Positions 44,137 to 53,052 of a DNA stretch of 64,000 nt are shown here, in pieces. Source of the DNA: Syntrophobacterales bacterium. GTDB taxonomy: Bacteria > Desulfobacterota > Syntrophia > Syntrophales > CAMTWB01. Below the pieces are notes generated by a model that saw nothing but the letters and a program-made list of their open reading frames with translations, did not search any database and was not told the origin of the DNA. Location of the stretch: the NCBI GenBank assembly GCA_037441775.1, contig JBBIRO010000008.1:13054-77053 (forward strand), written 5' to 3'. The translations under genes were made by a program, and so were the position numbers. Within the stretch, counting starts at the first letter, position 1, and each line of letters starts with the position of its first letter.

Positions 44137-44643
44137 TTAGCGGGTTAACCACGAACCAAATATCGGCAGCGGCACTCCAAGGCCCTTTAGAAATACCAGA
44201 ATACAAAAAATGGTCAGTCCTGCCGCCAGAGCGAGGGACTCCGCCCAGCGAAACCTGATGCTGGCATAGGCGCTGAGAATTATCAAGGTCGGCAGGGCGA
44301 TAACTAGACCGGCGCCCCGGACAATAAGACCAAAAAGGATTATCGCCGCGGTGACCAAAAGGAGGCCCCGAAAGGCGAATGCTGTAATCGGAGTGCCCGG
44401 CTGGATAAACGAACGCGTCAGGGAAATAATGCCAATGATTATCAGCAGGCTGCTTAGAAGCGTGGGGAAATAGGCCGGGCCCATCTTGAGGGAACTGCCC
44501 AGCGGATAATTCTGGCTGATTAGAAGAAACATCCCCCCCACGGCCATATAGATTATGCCGGTCCAGAAATCTTTGGTATTTTTTATGTTCGCGGTCAAGG
44601 CATTCTCCTTAAGGAGGGAAAATGGCGTAGCTTTGTTGACCAT
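44137..44643 (-). CDS. tctB: Tripartite tricarboxylate transporter, small subunit TctB
   Basis: 168 aa with four predicted TM helices, positioned between tctC and tctA. Confidence 0.75.
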   Translation of the reverse strand: MVNKATPFSLLKENALTANIKNTKDFWTGIIYMAVGGMFLLISQNYPLGSSLKMGPAYFPTLLSSLLIIIGIISLTRSFIQPGTPITAFAFRGLLLVTAAIILFGLIVRGAGLVIALPTLIILSAYASIRFRWAESLALAAGLTIFCILVFLKGLGVPLPIFGSWLTR

Positions 44644-44768
44644 TCGCCTGGGATGATGAACCCCGGCGCAGGGACTAATTTCGAGAGAAACAGCGTATGT
44701 TCTAAAAATGTTTAGGCTATAGGCCGCTGAGGCAGGGGCGAATAATTATTCGCCCCTACCTGTAGGTG

Positions 44769-45743
44769 CTAGTCGGCATAAATGCCGGCCTTTTTGATGA
44801 TTGGCCCCCATTTGTCGATTTCGGATTTAAGCTGAGTGCGCAGCGCCTCCGGAACGGCACGCGATTCGTGCATCACCTCGATGCCCAGTTCCGCGCAGCG
44901 CTGTCTGAGGGTGGGGTCTTTGAGCGACTCCTGTAGAACTTGAGAAAGCCTGTCAATGATCGCTTTTGGTGTGCCTTTGGGAGCGTAGAGACCATTCCAG
45001 ACGGCCACCTCAAAATTCGGCAGGCCGGCCTCATGAAGTGTCGGCACATCGGGAAGAACCGGCAGCCGCTTCTTGGTTGTCACACCGATGATCTTAATCC
45101 TGCCGCCCTTGATCTGGCTGATGGTATTGTTTACCTGGTCGCACATGATGTCCACCTGGCCGCCGAGCAGGTCATTCATGGCCGGTCCGGTGCCACCATA
45201 GGGAACGGTGGTCAGGTCGGTATGGATTGCCGTCTGGAAGAGCATCCCGCAGAGGTGGGCGGCGGATCCGATACCGGCATTGGCCAGGTTGATCTTCTGC
45301 CGATGGGTCTTAATGTAGGCCAGAAGTTCCTTGAGGTCATTGGGTGGGAGGTCCTTCTTGGTAACCAGGGTCATGGGAATGTCGGCAACCAGGCCAATCG
45401 GCTCGAAGTCACTGATCGGGTCATAGGCAAGTTTGCGATAGAGGGATACGGCGGTGGAATGGCCGATATGGTGGATGAAAATGGTATAGCCATCCGGCGC
45501 GGATTTGGCAACCCGGGCCGCGGCGACCGTACCGCCCGCTCCGGCTACATTTTCCACGATAACCTGGGTCTTGAGCGCCGCACCCATCGGCCGCGCCAAA
45601 AGACGGGCGACGACGTCGGTTGGCCCGCCGGCTGCAAACGGCACAATGATGGTGATTACCTTCGACGGGTACTGATCCGCAAAAACCTGGGGTACGAAGA
45701 AAAAAGAAAGACAGATAAGAACTCGTAAAATCTTTGCAACCAC
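44769..45743 (-). CDS. tctC: TctC/Bug-family periplasmic substrate-binding protein
   Basis: Signal peptide, then YPSKVITIIVPFAAGGPTDVVARLLA, typical of Bug/TctC receptors. 324 aa. Confidence 0.9.
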   Translation of the reverse strand: MVAKILRVLICLSFFFVPQVFADQYPSKVITIIVPFAAGGPTDVVARLLARPMGAALKTQVIVENVAGAGGTVAAARVAKSAPDGYTIFIHHIGHSTAVSLYRKLAYDPISDFEPIGLVADIPMTLVTKKDLPPNDLKELLAYIKTHRQKINLANAGIGSAAHLCGMLFQTAIHTDLTTVPYGGTGPAMNDLLGGQVDIMCDQVNNTISQIKGGRIKIIGVTTKKRLPVLPDVPTLHEAGLPNFEVAVWNGLYAPKGTPKAIIDRLSQVLQESLKDPTLRQRCAELGIEVMHESRAVPEALRTQLKSEIDKWGPIIKKAGIYAD

Positions 45744-45964
45744 GGTACACCTCCAAAAAAGTTGAATTGCTGTTGATTATTTCTCCAACTGTGCGTACTT
45801 CGGCTTGCTAGACTTAAGGAAAATCGATTTGGATGTCAATAGGTTTTTTACATCAGGCCGCGTCGGCGTCCTGGAATCAGGTCTCCCATTCTACGGGAAG
45901 CCAAAAAAGAGCTTTGCGGTTTTTTTCTGAAGTCGTCTTACTGAAAGAAGGCGGTTTTTTAAGC

Positions 45965-45992
45965 TTGAACCGGATTGCCGTCTTGCTATATA
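45965..45992 (+). promoter_or_regulatory. Candidate sigma70-type promoter for the LarA-like/gntK genes
   Basis: TTGAAC-16 nt-TATATA, about 35 nt upstream of the GTG start, which has an AAGGAG RBS. Sequence-pattern evidence only. Confidence 0.3.
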
Positions 45993-46025
45993 AAAAATTC
46001 GTAAAATGGCTGAAAGGAGTGGGCA

Positions 46026-47258
46026 GTGAACATAGCGGATGATAAAATCAGGGAAATTATCGATGCGAAAACACCTCGTGAATTATATGAAAATAAACGG
46101 GTACTGGTCCTGACGCCGGATGGTTCGCGGACCTGTCCACTGCCTTTAATGATCCGCACCTTGGGGGAGATAATTGGCAGCAGGGCGGCCAAATTGGATT
46201 TCATGGTGGCTCTGGGCACCCATCCCGTCCTGACTGAGGCCAAGATATTGGAACTCTATGGCCTGTCTCCGGAAGAGCGGGTGGGGAAGTTCGGCAGGTC
46301 TGACTTTTTATCGCACCGTTGGGACCTGCCGGAAACTTTTCATTGTCTGGGAGAGCTGACGGCCGAGGAGGTGGAGGATGCCTCCGGCGGCCTGATGCAG
46401 GGGCCGGTTCCGATAGTCATCAATAAAAAAATCTTCGACTATGACCTGATTATTATTCTCGGGCCGGTCTTTCCGCACGAGGTCGTCGGCTTCTCCGGCG
46501 GCGCCAAATATCTGTTTCCGGGTATTTCCGGCGGCGATTTTCTTCACTTCTTTCATTGGTTGGGGGCATTGATCACGTGCCGGAAGATTATTGGCCGGAA
46601 AAATACGCCGGTGAGAAGGGTAATTAATCTGGCCATGGAGAAGATTGACCGGCCGATACATTGCATCTCCCTGGTAGTTGACGCGAATGCAGGGCTGCGA
46701 GGGCTTTTCGTGGGTAATCCCCGGGATGCCTGGTCGGAGGCGGCGGACCTGTCTGCGGAGATTCACATCAAAAAAATGAATAGACCATTCAGGATTGTCC
46801 TGGGCATTGCCCCGGCCATGTACGATGAGATCTGGACGGCGGGCAAGGTGATGTACAAGCTGGAGCAGGTTGTCGCCGATGGGGGGACGCTGATCATTTA
46901 TGCTCCCCATATTCGTGAGATCGCGGCGGCCTGGGGTAAAGAGATTGAACGGATCGGCTACCATGTCCGGGATTATTTCCTGGCCCGGATGGATGATTTC
47001 CGGGATGTTCCCTTGGGTGTCCTGGCCCATTCCACCCACGTCCGCGGCGATGGCACCTTTGAGGCGGGCATCGAGAAACCGCGCATCAATGTAATTTTGG
47101 CAACTGCGATTCCCTCGGAGATCTGCCAGCGGATCAATCTTGGTTATCTCGATCCGGCTCAAATCCGTGTTTCCGATTACCAGGGCCGTAAAGACGATGG
47201 CATTCTCTGCGTCGATCACGCGGGAGAAATTCTCTACCGGCTGGAGTCCGAGGATTGA
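46026..47258 (+). CDS. LarA-family (nickel-pincer cofactor dependent) 2-hydroxyacid racemase/epimerase homologue
   Basis: DUF2088/LarA N-terminal domain with PHEVVGFSGGAKYLFPG and a conserved His-rich C-terminal half. 410 aa. Confidence 0.8.
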   Translation: MNIADDKIREIIDAKTPRELYENKRVLVLTPDGSRTCPLPLMIRTLGEIIGSRAAKLDFMVALGTHPVLTEAKILELYGLSPEERVGKFGRSDFLSHRWDLPETFHCLGELTAEEVEDASGGLMQGPVPIVINKKIFDYDLIIILGPVFPHEVVGFSGGAKYLFPGISGGDFLHFFHWLGALITCRKIIGRKNTPVRRVINLAMEKIDRPIHCISLVVDANAGLRGLFVGNPRDAWSEAADLSAEIHIKKMNRPFRIVLGIAPAMYDEIWTAGKVMYKLEQVVADGGTLIIYAPHIREIAAAWGKEIERIGYHVRDYFLARMDDFRDVPLGVLAHSTHVRGDGTFEAGIEKPRINVILATAIPSEICQRINLGYLDPAQIRVSDYQGRKDDGILCVDHAGEILYRLESED

Positions 47259-47259
47259 G

Positions 47260-47754
47260 ATGATTTTAGTTGTAATGGGGCCGATGGGCTCGGGTAAGAC
47301 GACCATCGGGAAGCTTCTGGCGAGCAGATTCGGCTGGCCCTTTTACGAGGGCGATGATTTTCATCCGCCGGAAAACGTGGCCAAGATGCAAGCCGGGATA
47401 CCGCTTACGGACGATGACCGCAGGCCCTGGCTGGAAACGCTGCGAGGGATCATCGACGAGCGGCTGCAAGAGGGGGCGAACGCGATCCTGGCCTGCTCAG
47501 CGCTGAAGGAGACTTACCGACAGATGCTCGGGGTGGACCAGAAAACCGTGATCACCGTTTATCTACGGGGTTCCTTCGAACTGGTGCGCCGGCGGGTTGA
47601 AGGGCGCGAGCATCGTTACATGAATAAAAACCTGTTGCGGAGCCAGTTTAATGCTCTGGAGGAGCCGGAGGCGGGGCTGACGTTGGACGCTACGGCTAGC
47701 CCCGACGAGATCGTCGATATTATTTCGGCGCAACTTAAGATAAACGGACGATAA
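47260..47754 (+). CDS. gntK: Gluconokinase (GntK-type P-loop kinase)
   Basis: VVMGPMGSGKTTIG P-loop. YEGDDFHPPENVAKMQAGIPLTDDDRRPWLETL closely parallels E. coli GntK. The start is 1 nt after the LarA-like stop. Confidence 0.85.
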   Translation: MILVVMGPMGSGKTTIGKLLASRFGWPFYEGDDFHPPENVAKMQAGIPLTDDDRRPWLETLRGIIDERLQEGANAILACSALKETYRQMLGVDQKTVITVYLRGSFELVRRRVEGREHRYMNKNLLRSQFNALEEPEAGLTLDATASPDEIVDIISAQLKINGR

Positions 47755-47872
47755 CCACCTCCATATTTTAGTGAATAGATCAAATTGTAAAACACCTGGC
47801 AAGGCCGCAACGGAGTGTTCACCTCCGCAAGGCGCATAAAAGCGGCATGTTTTGGAAACCGAAGGGACGCTT

Positions 47873-49279
47873 ATGGAATCACGGGATATCGGCTTGATCG
47901 GTCTGGCCGTCATGGGCCAGAGCTTGGTCCTCAACATGGAGCGAAACGGTTTTGGCGTGGCCGTCTACAACCGGGGCAGCAATGTCACTGCCGATTTCAT
48001 TAGCGGTAAAGCTTGCGGCAAGAACATAAGCGGAACTTTCAGCGTGGAAGAATTGCTGGCAGCTCTGAAAAAGCCACGGAAAATCATGATTATGGTTAAG
48101 GCGGGGGCGCCGGTTGATACGGTGATCGCCCAACTTAAACCCCATCTGATGCCGCAGGACCTGGTAATGGATTGCGGCAACTCCCGGTTTTCCGATACTG
48201 ACCGCCGCTGTCAGGAAATGCTCGCTATGGGAATCCACTACCTGGGAGTTGGTGTCTCCGGTGGTGAGGAGGGCGCTCTCTTAGGGCCCAGCATCATGCC
48301 GGGGGGGGAACGTCAAGCATATACCCTGGTGGAACCGGTCTTACGATCAATTGCGGCCCGAGTGGATGGAGATCCCTGCGTTGCCTGGATGGGACCGCGC
48401 GGGGCGGGACACTTCGTCAAGATGGTTCATAATGCCATTGAATACGGAGATATGCAGCTAATTGCCGAGGCCTACGACCTCCTCCGCCGCGGCTTGGGAC
48501 TTTCATCCCATCAGATTCACGAGGTATTTGGCCTATGGAATGAAGGCCCCCTCTCATCCTATCTCATAGAAATTACAGCAAAGATTTTAAGCGTAACCGA
48601 CCATGAAACGAATAGGCCTCTGGTGGAAATGATCCTGGATCAGGCCCAACAGAAGGGCACGGGGCGTTGGAGCGTCGAGGCTGCCATCGATCTAGGCGTT
48701 CCCGTTCCGACCATCGCGGCCGCTCTTGACGCTCGGACGATCTCCTTGTACCGTCAGGAACGGGAGGAAGCCGCCCGAGTTTTTCCCCTTTCTCTCTCGT
48801 CACTTGCGGGCAATCGCGATGACCTGATTCGGGCTTTGGAAGATGCCCTCTATGTGGCTAAAATCTGTTCTTATGCCCAGGGGATGGCGCTTTTACATCA
48901 TGCCAGCGCTGAATTTGGTTACCAACTTAACTATGGGGAAATCGCCCGGATCTGGCGAGGTGGCTGCATCATCAGAGCTCGATTTTTAGACGATGTCCGG
49001 GCGGCTTTTCAAGAAAAACCTGATCTTGCCAATTTGCTGGTAGCGCCGTTTTTCCGCGATGCCGTGATCATGCGGCAGCAGGCCCTGCGGGAGGTTGTGT
49101 GTTTGGGCGCCCGGGCGGGAATTCCGCTGCCGGGGATGAGCGCGTCATTAGCCTACTTCGATTCCTATCGTAGCAGGTGCCTGCCCGCTAATCTGACTCA
49201 GGCCCAGCGCGACTACTTTGGCGCCCACACCTACCGCCGGGTCGATAGAGAGGGGATGTTCCATACCCAATGGTCCTAG
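47873..49279 (+). CDS. gnd: 6-phosphogluconate dehydrogenase (decarboxylating)
   Basis: IGLIGLAVMGQSLVLN Rossmann motif, GVSGGEEGA, GAGHFVKMVHNAIEYGDMQLI, C-terminal AQRDYFGAHTY. Start at MESRDIG (GAAGGGA upstream). Confidence 0.95.
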   Translation: MESRDIGLIGLAVMGQSLVLNMERNGFGVAVYNRGSNVTADFISGKACGKNISGTFSVEELLAALKKPRKIMIMVKAGAPVDTVIAQLKPHLMPQDLVMDCGNSRFSDTDRRCQEMLAMGIHYLGVGVSGGEEGALLGPSIMPGGERQAYTLVEPVLRSIAARVDGDPCVAWMGPRGAGHFVKMVHNAIEYGDMQLIAEAYDLLRRGLGLSSHQIHEVFGLWNEGPLSSYLIEITAKILSVTDHETNRPLVEMILDQAQQKGTGRWSVEAAIDLGVPVPTIAAALDARTISLYRQEREEAARVFPLSLSSLAGNRDDLIRALEDALYVAKICSYAQGMALLHHASAEFGYQLNYGEIARIWRGGCIIRARFLDDVRAAFQEKPDLANLLVAPFFRDAVIMRQQALREVVCLGARAGIPLPGMSASLAYFDSYRSRCLPANLTQAQRDYFGAHTYRRVDREGMFHTQWS

Positions 49280-49286
49280 CTCAAAA

Positions 49287-49307
49287 CCTAACGGGGAGTC
49301 CGTTAGG
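49287..49307 (+). terminator. Stem-loop immediately after gnd (possible terminator; no U-tract)
   Basis: Perfect 8-bp stem CCTAACGG / CCGTTAGG with a 5-nt loop, 8 nt after the gnd stop. It is followed by GGTGGTTCG rather than a T-run. Confidence 0.3.
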
Positions 49308-49384
49308 GGTGGTTCGCGCATCGCCTCGTTAGGAAGACGAACAATGGCAAGTCTAAAATCGAACTTTGCATGAAAGGAGTGCAT

Positions 49385-49861
49385 ATGCCCAAAAAGGCCT
49401 TTCAGGATTACTACCCGGATCATCTAAGCCATTGCTACGGTTGTGGGCGCCTCAACGAAAAGGGGCTCAGGATCAGGAGTTACTGGGATGGCGAGGAATC
49501 CATCTGTATTCATGAGCCGAAGTCTTACCACTCCGCCATTCCCGGTTTTGTCTATGGGGGGATGATCGCCTCGCTTATTGACTGCCACAGTACGGGCACG
49601 GCGGCGGCGGCCAAGTACCGCTTTGAAGGCCGGGAAATGGATAGCGACCCACCGCTGCGTTTTCTCACCGCTTCCCTCCACGTCGATTTCCTTTTACCGA
49701 CACCTATGGGCGTCCCGCTGGAAATCCGCGGCCGGGTGAAGGAGGTCAAGGGGCGGAAAGTGGTTGTGGAATCCACGCTCGGCGCCAACGGGCAAATCTG
49801 CGCCCGTGGCGAGGTGGTGGCGATTCAGGTGCCGGATCACTTGATTCCCCGGCAGTCTTGA
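49385..49861 (+). CDS. PaaI/4HBT-type hotdog-fold thioesterase
   Basis: CYGCG...GL zinc-ribbon-like N-terminus followed by HG.PGFVYGGMIASLIDCH, typical of PaaI-like thioesterases. AAAGGAG RBS. The stop codon TGA is the first triplet of MITE copy D. Confidence 0.75.
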   Translation: MPKKAFQDYYPDHLSHCYGCGRLNEKGLRIRSYWDGEESICIHEPKSYHSAIPGFVYGGMIASLIDCHSTGTAAAAKYRFEGREMDSDPPLRFLTASLHVDFLLPTPMGVPLEIRGRVKEVKGRKVVVESTLGANGQICARGEVVAIQVPDHLIPRQS

Positions 49862-50027
49862 TGGTTTCGTAAAAGGCCCGGCTGCTTAGGTTCAAGCTAA
49901 AACCATCGTCACTGCTGCTTACTCTAAACACTCATCATTACTTGTGATTTACGCGCTCAACCCTAGCGTGCTTTTTACAAATCCGTCCCAAATTAAAGAT
50001 TTTTGCAGCTATTTACGAAAGCGTCAA
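49859..50027 (+). mobile_element. MITE-like repeat, full-length copy D (169 bp)
   Basis: TGATGGTTTCGTAAAAGGCCCGGCTGCTTAGGTTCAAGCTAAA... Internal inverted terminus CTTTTTACAAATCCGTC (49972-49988). Right terminus CTATTTACGAAAGCGTCA. It shares TTCAAGCTAAA and CACTCAT blocks with copy A. Confidence 0.7.
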
Positions 50028-50123
50028 GACTCAATCGTGACTTCATCACGATGTAAGAAGTTGTCTTGTGCCCGTTACTGTGGTAAGCTCCGCATAAGTA
50101 GATGAGGTTAAGGTGTTGGGAAG

Positions 50124-51116
50124 ATGCAGGACAGATATAACCGGGAAATCAACTATCTTCGCATTTCAGTGACTGATCGCTGCAATTTGCGCTGTCAATA
50201 TTGCAAACCCAAGGAAGGGGCTTCCCAAGTTGGCCGGGAGGATATCTTAAGTTTTGAGGAGATTCACCGGATAGTCCGGCTGGCGGTGGTGCTGGGCATT
50301 ACCAAGATTCGCGTTACCGGCGGTGAACCGCTGTTGCGCAGGGGACTCACCGGCTTTATCCGGGACTTAAGCCAGATCGAAGGCTTGGCCGATATCAGTC
50401 TGACCACCAACGGAATACTGCTGGCGCCAATGGCTGCGGCAATCCGGCAGGCCGGTATCAGGCGGATCAACATCAGCCTTGATTCCCTTGATAAAGCTAA
50501 ATACGCCAGGATAACCGGCGGCGGGGAGCTCCGGGCGGTACTGGCCGGGATTGAAGAGGCTAAACGGTTGAGTTTTGATCCCATTAAGATCAACAATGTC
50601 GCGATCCGTGGATTCAACGATGATGAGATTCTTGATTTTGCCGACCTGGCCTTCAATAACCCCTTTCAAGTCCGGTTCATCGAATTGATGCCGGTGGGGC
50701 CCACGGGGTCGCTGGGAAACGGCAATTACCTTTCCAATCTTGTTGTTCGCGAGATAATAGGAGGGCGTTATCGCCTCCAGGAGACAAATTTGCAGGGTAA
50801 TGGCCATGCCGGCCCCGCCAGGATTTTTAGAATCGAGGGTGGCCGTGGCGAAATTGGCTTTATCAGCCCGTTGAGCCATACTTTTTGTGATTCCTGCAAC
50901 CGGTTGAGGCTGACCGCCGACGGTTCACTATTGTCCTGCCTCCTGTATCCCGATGGTATCGACCTCAAGAAAACACTTAGGGGAGGCTGTAGTGATGAAA
51001 ACCTAAGCGAGTTGCTTAAACGGGCGATCATGGTCAAGCCGATGCAGCATCAGGCCAGCCACGACCCGGGTCAGGTCAAGAAGTGCGGGCGCCATATGTA
51101 CCGGATCGGCGGTTGA
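50124..51116 (+). CDS. moaA: GTP 3',8-cyclase MoaA (molybdenum cofactor biosynthesis radical SAM)
   Basis: YLRISVTDRCNLRCQYC radical-SAM motif, C-terminal CxxCxRLRLTADG cluster motif, ending ...RIGG. 330 aa. Confidence 0.95.
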   Translation: MQDRYNREINYLRISVTDRCNLRCQYCKPKEGASQVGREDILSFEEIHRIVRLAVVLGITKIRVTGGEPLLRRGLTGFIRDLSQIEGLADISLTTNGILLAPMAAAIRQAGIRRINISLDSLDKAKYARITGGGELRAVLAGIEEAKRLSFDPIKINNVAIRGFNDDEILDFADLAFNNPFQVRFIELMPVGPTGSLGNGNYLSNLVVREIIGGRYRLQETNLQGNGHAGPARIFRIEGGRGEIGFISPLSHTFCDSCNRLRLTADGSLLSCLLYPDGIDLKKTLRGGCSDENLSELLKRAIMVKPMQHQASHDPGQVKKCGRHMYRIGG

Positions 51117-51131
51117 GGAGGCCGTAAACGG

Positions 51132-51902
51132 ATGATTTTCGACCAGGCCCTTGCGGAGGAACTGTCAAGATTATATGGGACGGAGCAGGGTCAATACCTG
51201 GCCAGCCGACAGGAAAAACTGATCCGATTGCTGGCCCGTCCCGGCAGGGGTGAGCGACTTCTTTGCGTTGGGGCTACCACCGGGGAGTCGCTGGCGCCCT
51301 TTCTTGGTTTTGGCTGTCTGGTCACGGCTTTAGTCCCTGCTTCCTGCCTGGTGGAAGCCGCCAAAAGGAAAACAGTACAAGGGGTGGATTTTCGGGTTGG
51401 GCCGGTTGATGATTTTCCCTTTTCCGATGACGAATTCGACCTGGTGGTTCTCCTGGCGGCGCTGGAATTTACCCCTAACCACCGGCGGTTGATCGACGAG
51501 GCAATCCGGGTCTGCCGGGACCGGGTTTTCATCGGCGTCAGGAATCGTTGTTCACCTTTTTTACTGGGAAAAAACAGCGCATCCCTCTTTCCTAAAACCA
51601 TTAGGCGGCAGGTACGTTCTTATCATATCGCGGAACTCCTCTCCCTGGTGCGAAGCAACCTCGGCGCTGTTGACGTCAATTGGGGCAGTAATATATTCTT
51701 TCCCTGGCGCCTAGGCAAAAAAATTGCGAACATCGAGAGCCGTATCCCCCTGCTGAAGAACCCCTGCGGTGCTTTTCTGGGGCTTTCTTTTCCGGTTTCC
51801 TACCGCTATCGCACCGTGCAGAACGTGATCGTCAGCGGCCCCGGGGTTTTTAATGAGAAGGGGAGGGCGCCGGTGCAGGGTCTGGTAAGGGGAGTCAAGT
51901 GA
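51132..51902 (+). CDS. Probable class I SAM-dependent methyltransferase
   Basis: Methyltransferase-11-like layout (LLCVGATTGE motif I-like, FPFSDDEFDLVVLLAALEF post-II/III). Weak, pattern-level call. Confidence 0.5.
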   Translation: MIFDQALAEELSRLYGTEQGQYLASRQEKLIRLLARPGRGERLLCVGATTGESLAPFLGFGCLVTALVPASCLVEAAKRKTVQGVDFRVGPVDDFPFSDDEFDLVVLLAALEFTPNHRRLIDEAIRVCRDRVFIGVRNRCSPFLLGKNSASLFPKTIRRQVRSYHIAELLSLVRSNLGAVDVNWGSNIFFPWRLGKKIANIESRIPLLKNPCGAFLGLSFPVSYRYRTVQNVIVSGPGVFNEKGRAPVQGLVRGVK

Positions 51903-52915
51903 CGGCCCGGGCCGGACTTTGGGAAAAGCTTTCCGATGGGCGCATCCGCTGTAACCTGTGCGCCCACCGCTGTCTCATCCCCTTGGAAGCTCGCGGCATA
52001 TGCGCGGTTAGAGAAAACCGCCAGGGCAATCTGGAGAGCATCGTTTATGGCCGGCTAATTGCCGAAAATCTCGACCCGATCGAGAAAAAACCCCTCTTTC
52101 ATGTTCTGCCCGGATCATTCTCCTACTCCATTGCCACGGCCGGCTGCAATTTTCGTTGTGACTTCTGCCAAAACCATGAAATATCTCAACTGCCGGCACT
52201 GACCGGTCAGGTCGGCGGCCGGGAAATGTCACCGCCGGTGATTGTCGAGCGCGCCCGCCAATCCGGTGCCGCAAGTATCTCCTATACCTATACCGAGCCT
52301 ACCGTATTTTTTGAATACGCAAAGGATATAGCTATTTTGGCCCAGCGCGCGGGCCTGCTCAATATCTTCGTCACCAACGGTTATATGACGCCGGAAACCC
52401 TGACCGATTTGGGAGAATTGCTCACGGCGGCAAATGTTGATCTTAAAAGTTTTCGGGATGAATTTTATCGCCAAAGATGCGGCGCCCGCCTGGGCCCGGT
52501 TCTTACGAGCATCCGCAAGATGAAAGAAATGGGGGTGTGGGTGGAGGTCACCACCCTGATTATCCCCGGTTATAACGATGATCGGGAAGAACTGCGGGAG
52601 ATGGCGGATTTCATCTGTTCTCTAGGACCGGAAACACCCTGGCATATCAGCCGCTTCCAGCCTCGCTACAAGCTCCTGAAAATTCCAGCCACTCCGGCCA
52701 CTTCCATTTGTCAGGCCTGGGAAATCGGTCGCGAGGCGGGGCTCAAGTACGTTTATGCCGGCAACATGCTTGGTAATCCGAGAGAAAATACCTCTTGTTC
52801 CCGCTGCGGCTTTACACTCATCGAACGCTATGGCTTTACTGTCAGGAGTTTCAATCTCCCTGGCAACAACTGTCCCCACTGTTTGACCCCCTTAGAAGGA
52901 ATATTCAAGACCTAG
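51899..52915 (+). CDS. amrS: AmmeMemoRadiSam-system radical SAM enzyme (PflA-like activase family)
   Basis: N-terminal CNLCAHRC...GICAVR auxiliary cluster region, CNFRCDFCQN radical-SAM motif, C-terminal CSRCG...CPHC. GTGA overlap with the upstream methyltransferase. Confidence 0.8.
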   Translation: MTARAGLWEKLSDGRIRCNLCAHRCLIPLEARGICAVRENRQGNLESIVYGRLIAENLDPIEKKPLFHVLPGSFSYSIATAGCNFRCDFCQNHEISQLPALTGQVGGREMSPPVIVERARQSGAASISYTYTEPTVFFEYAKDIAILAQRAGLLNIFVTNGYMTPETLTDLGELLTAANVDLKSFRDEFYRQRCGARLGPVLTSIRKMKEMGVWVEVTTLIIPGYNDDREELREMADFICSLGPETPWHISRFQPRYKLLKIPATPATSICQAWEIGREAGLKYVYAGNMLGNPRENTSCSRCGFTLIERYGFTVRSFNLPGNNCPHCLTPLEGIFKT

Positions 52916-53052
52916 TCCAAATCCCCCAATCCATTTCTAACACCACATCTTGTGGTATCTGTAAATTAGACCACATCAAATTGTATTTTCCCTTTACATG
53001 AGGTGGTCTTTTTGTTACTATCGCGAGCAAATTAACCAGGGTACATGACAAG

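Noticed and set aside
46308-47306. 332-aa ORF antisense to the LarA-like gene
   Set aside because: It is a shadow ORF. It overlaps a well-supported + strand gene over its full length and has Arg/Pro/Gly-rich, motif-free sequence.
50028-50123. Moco riboswitch upstream of moaA
   Set aside because: Only a 7-bp hairpin (ATCGTGA/TCACGAT at about 50033-50053) is present. I could not see the conserved Moco-RNA motif elements, and the leader is short once the MITE is discounted.
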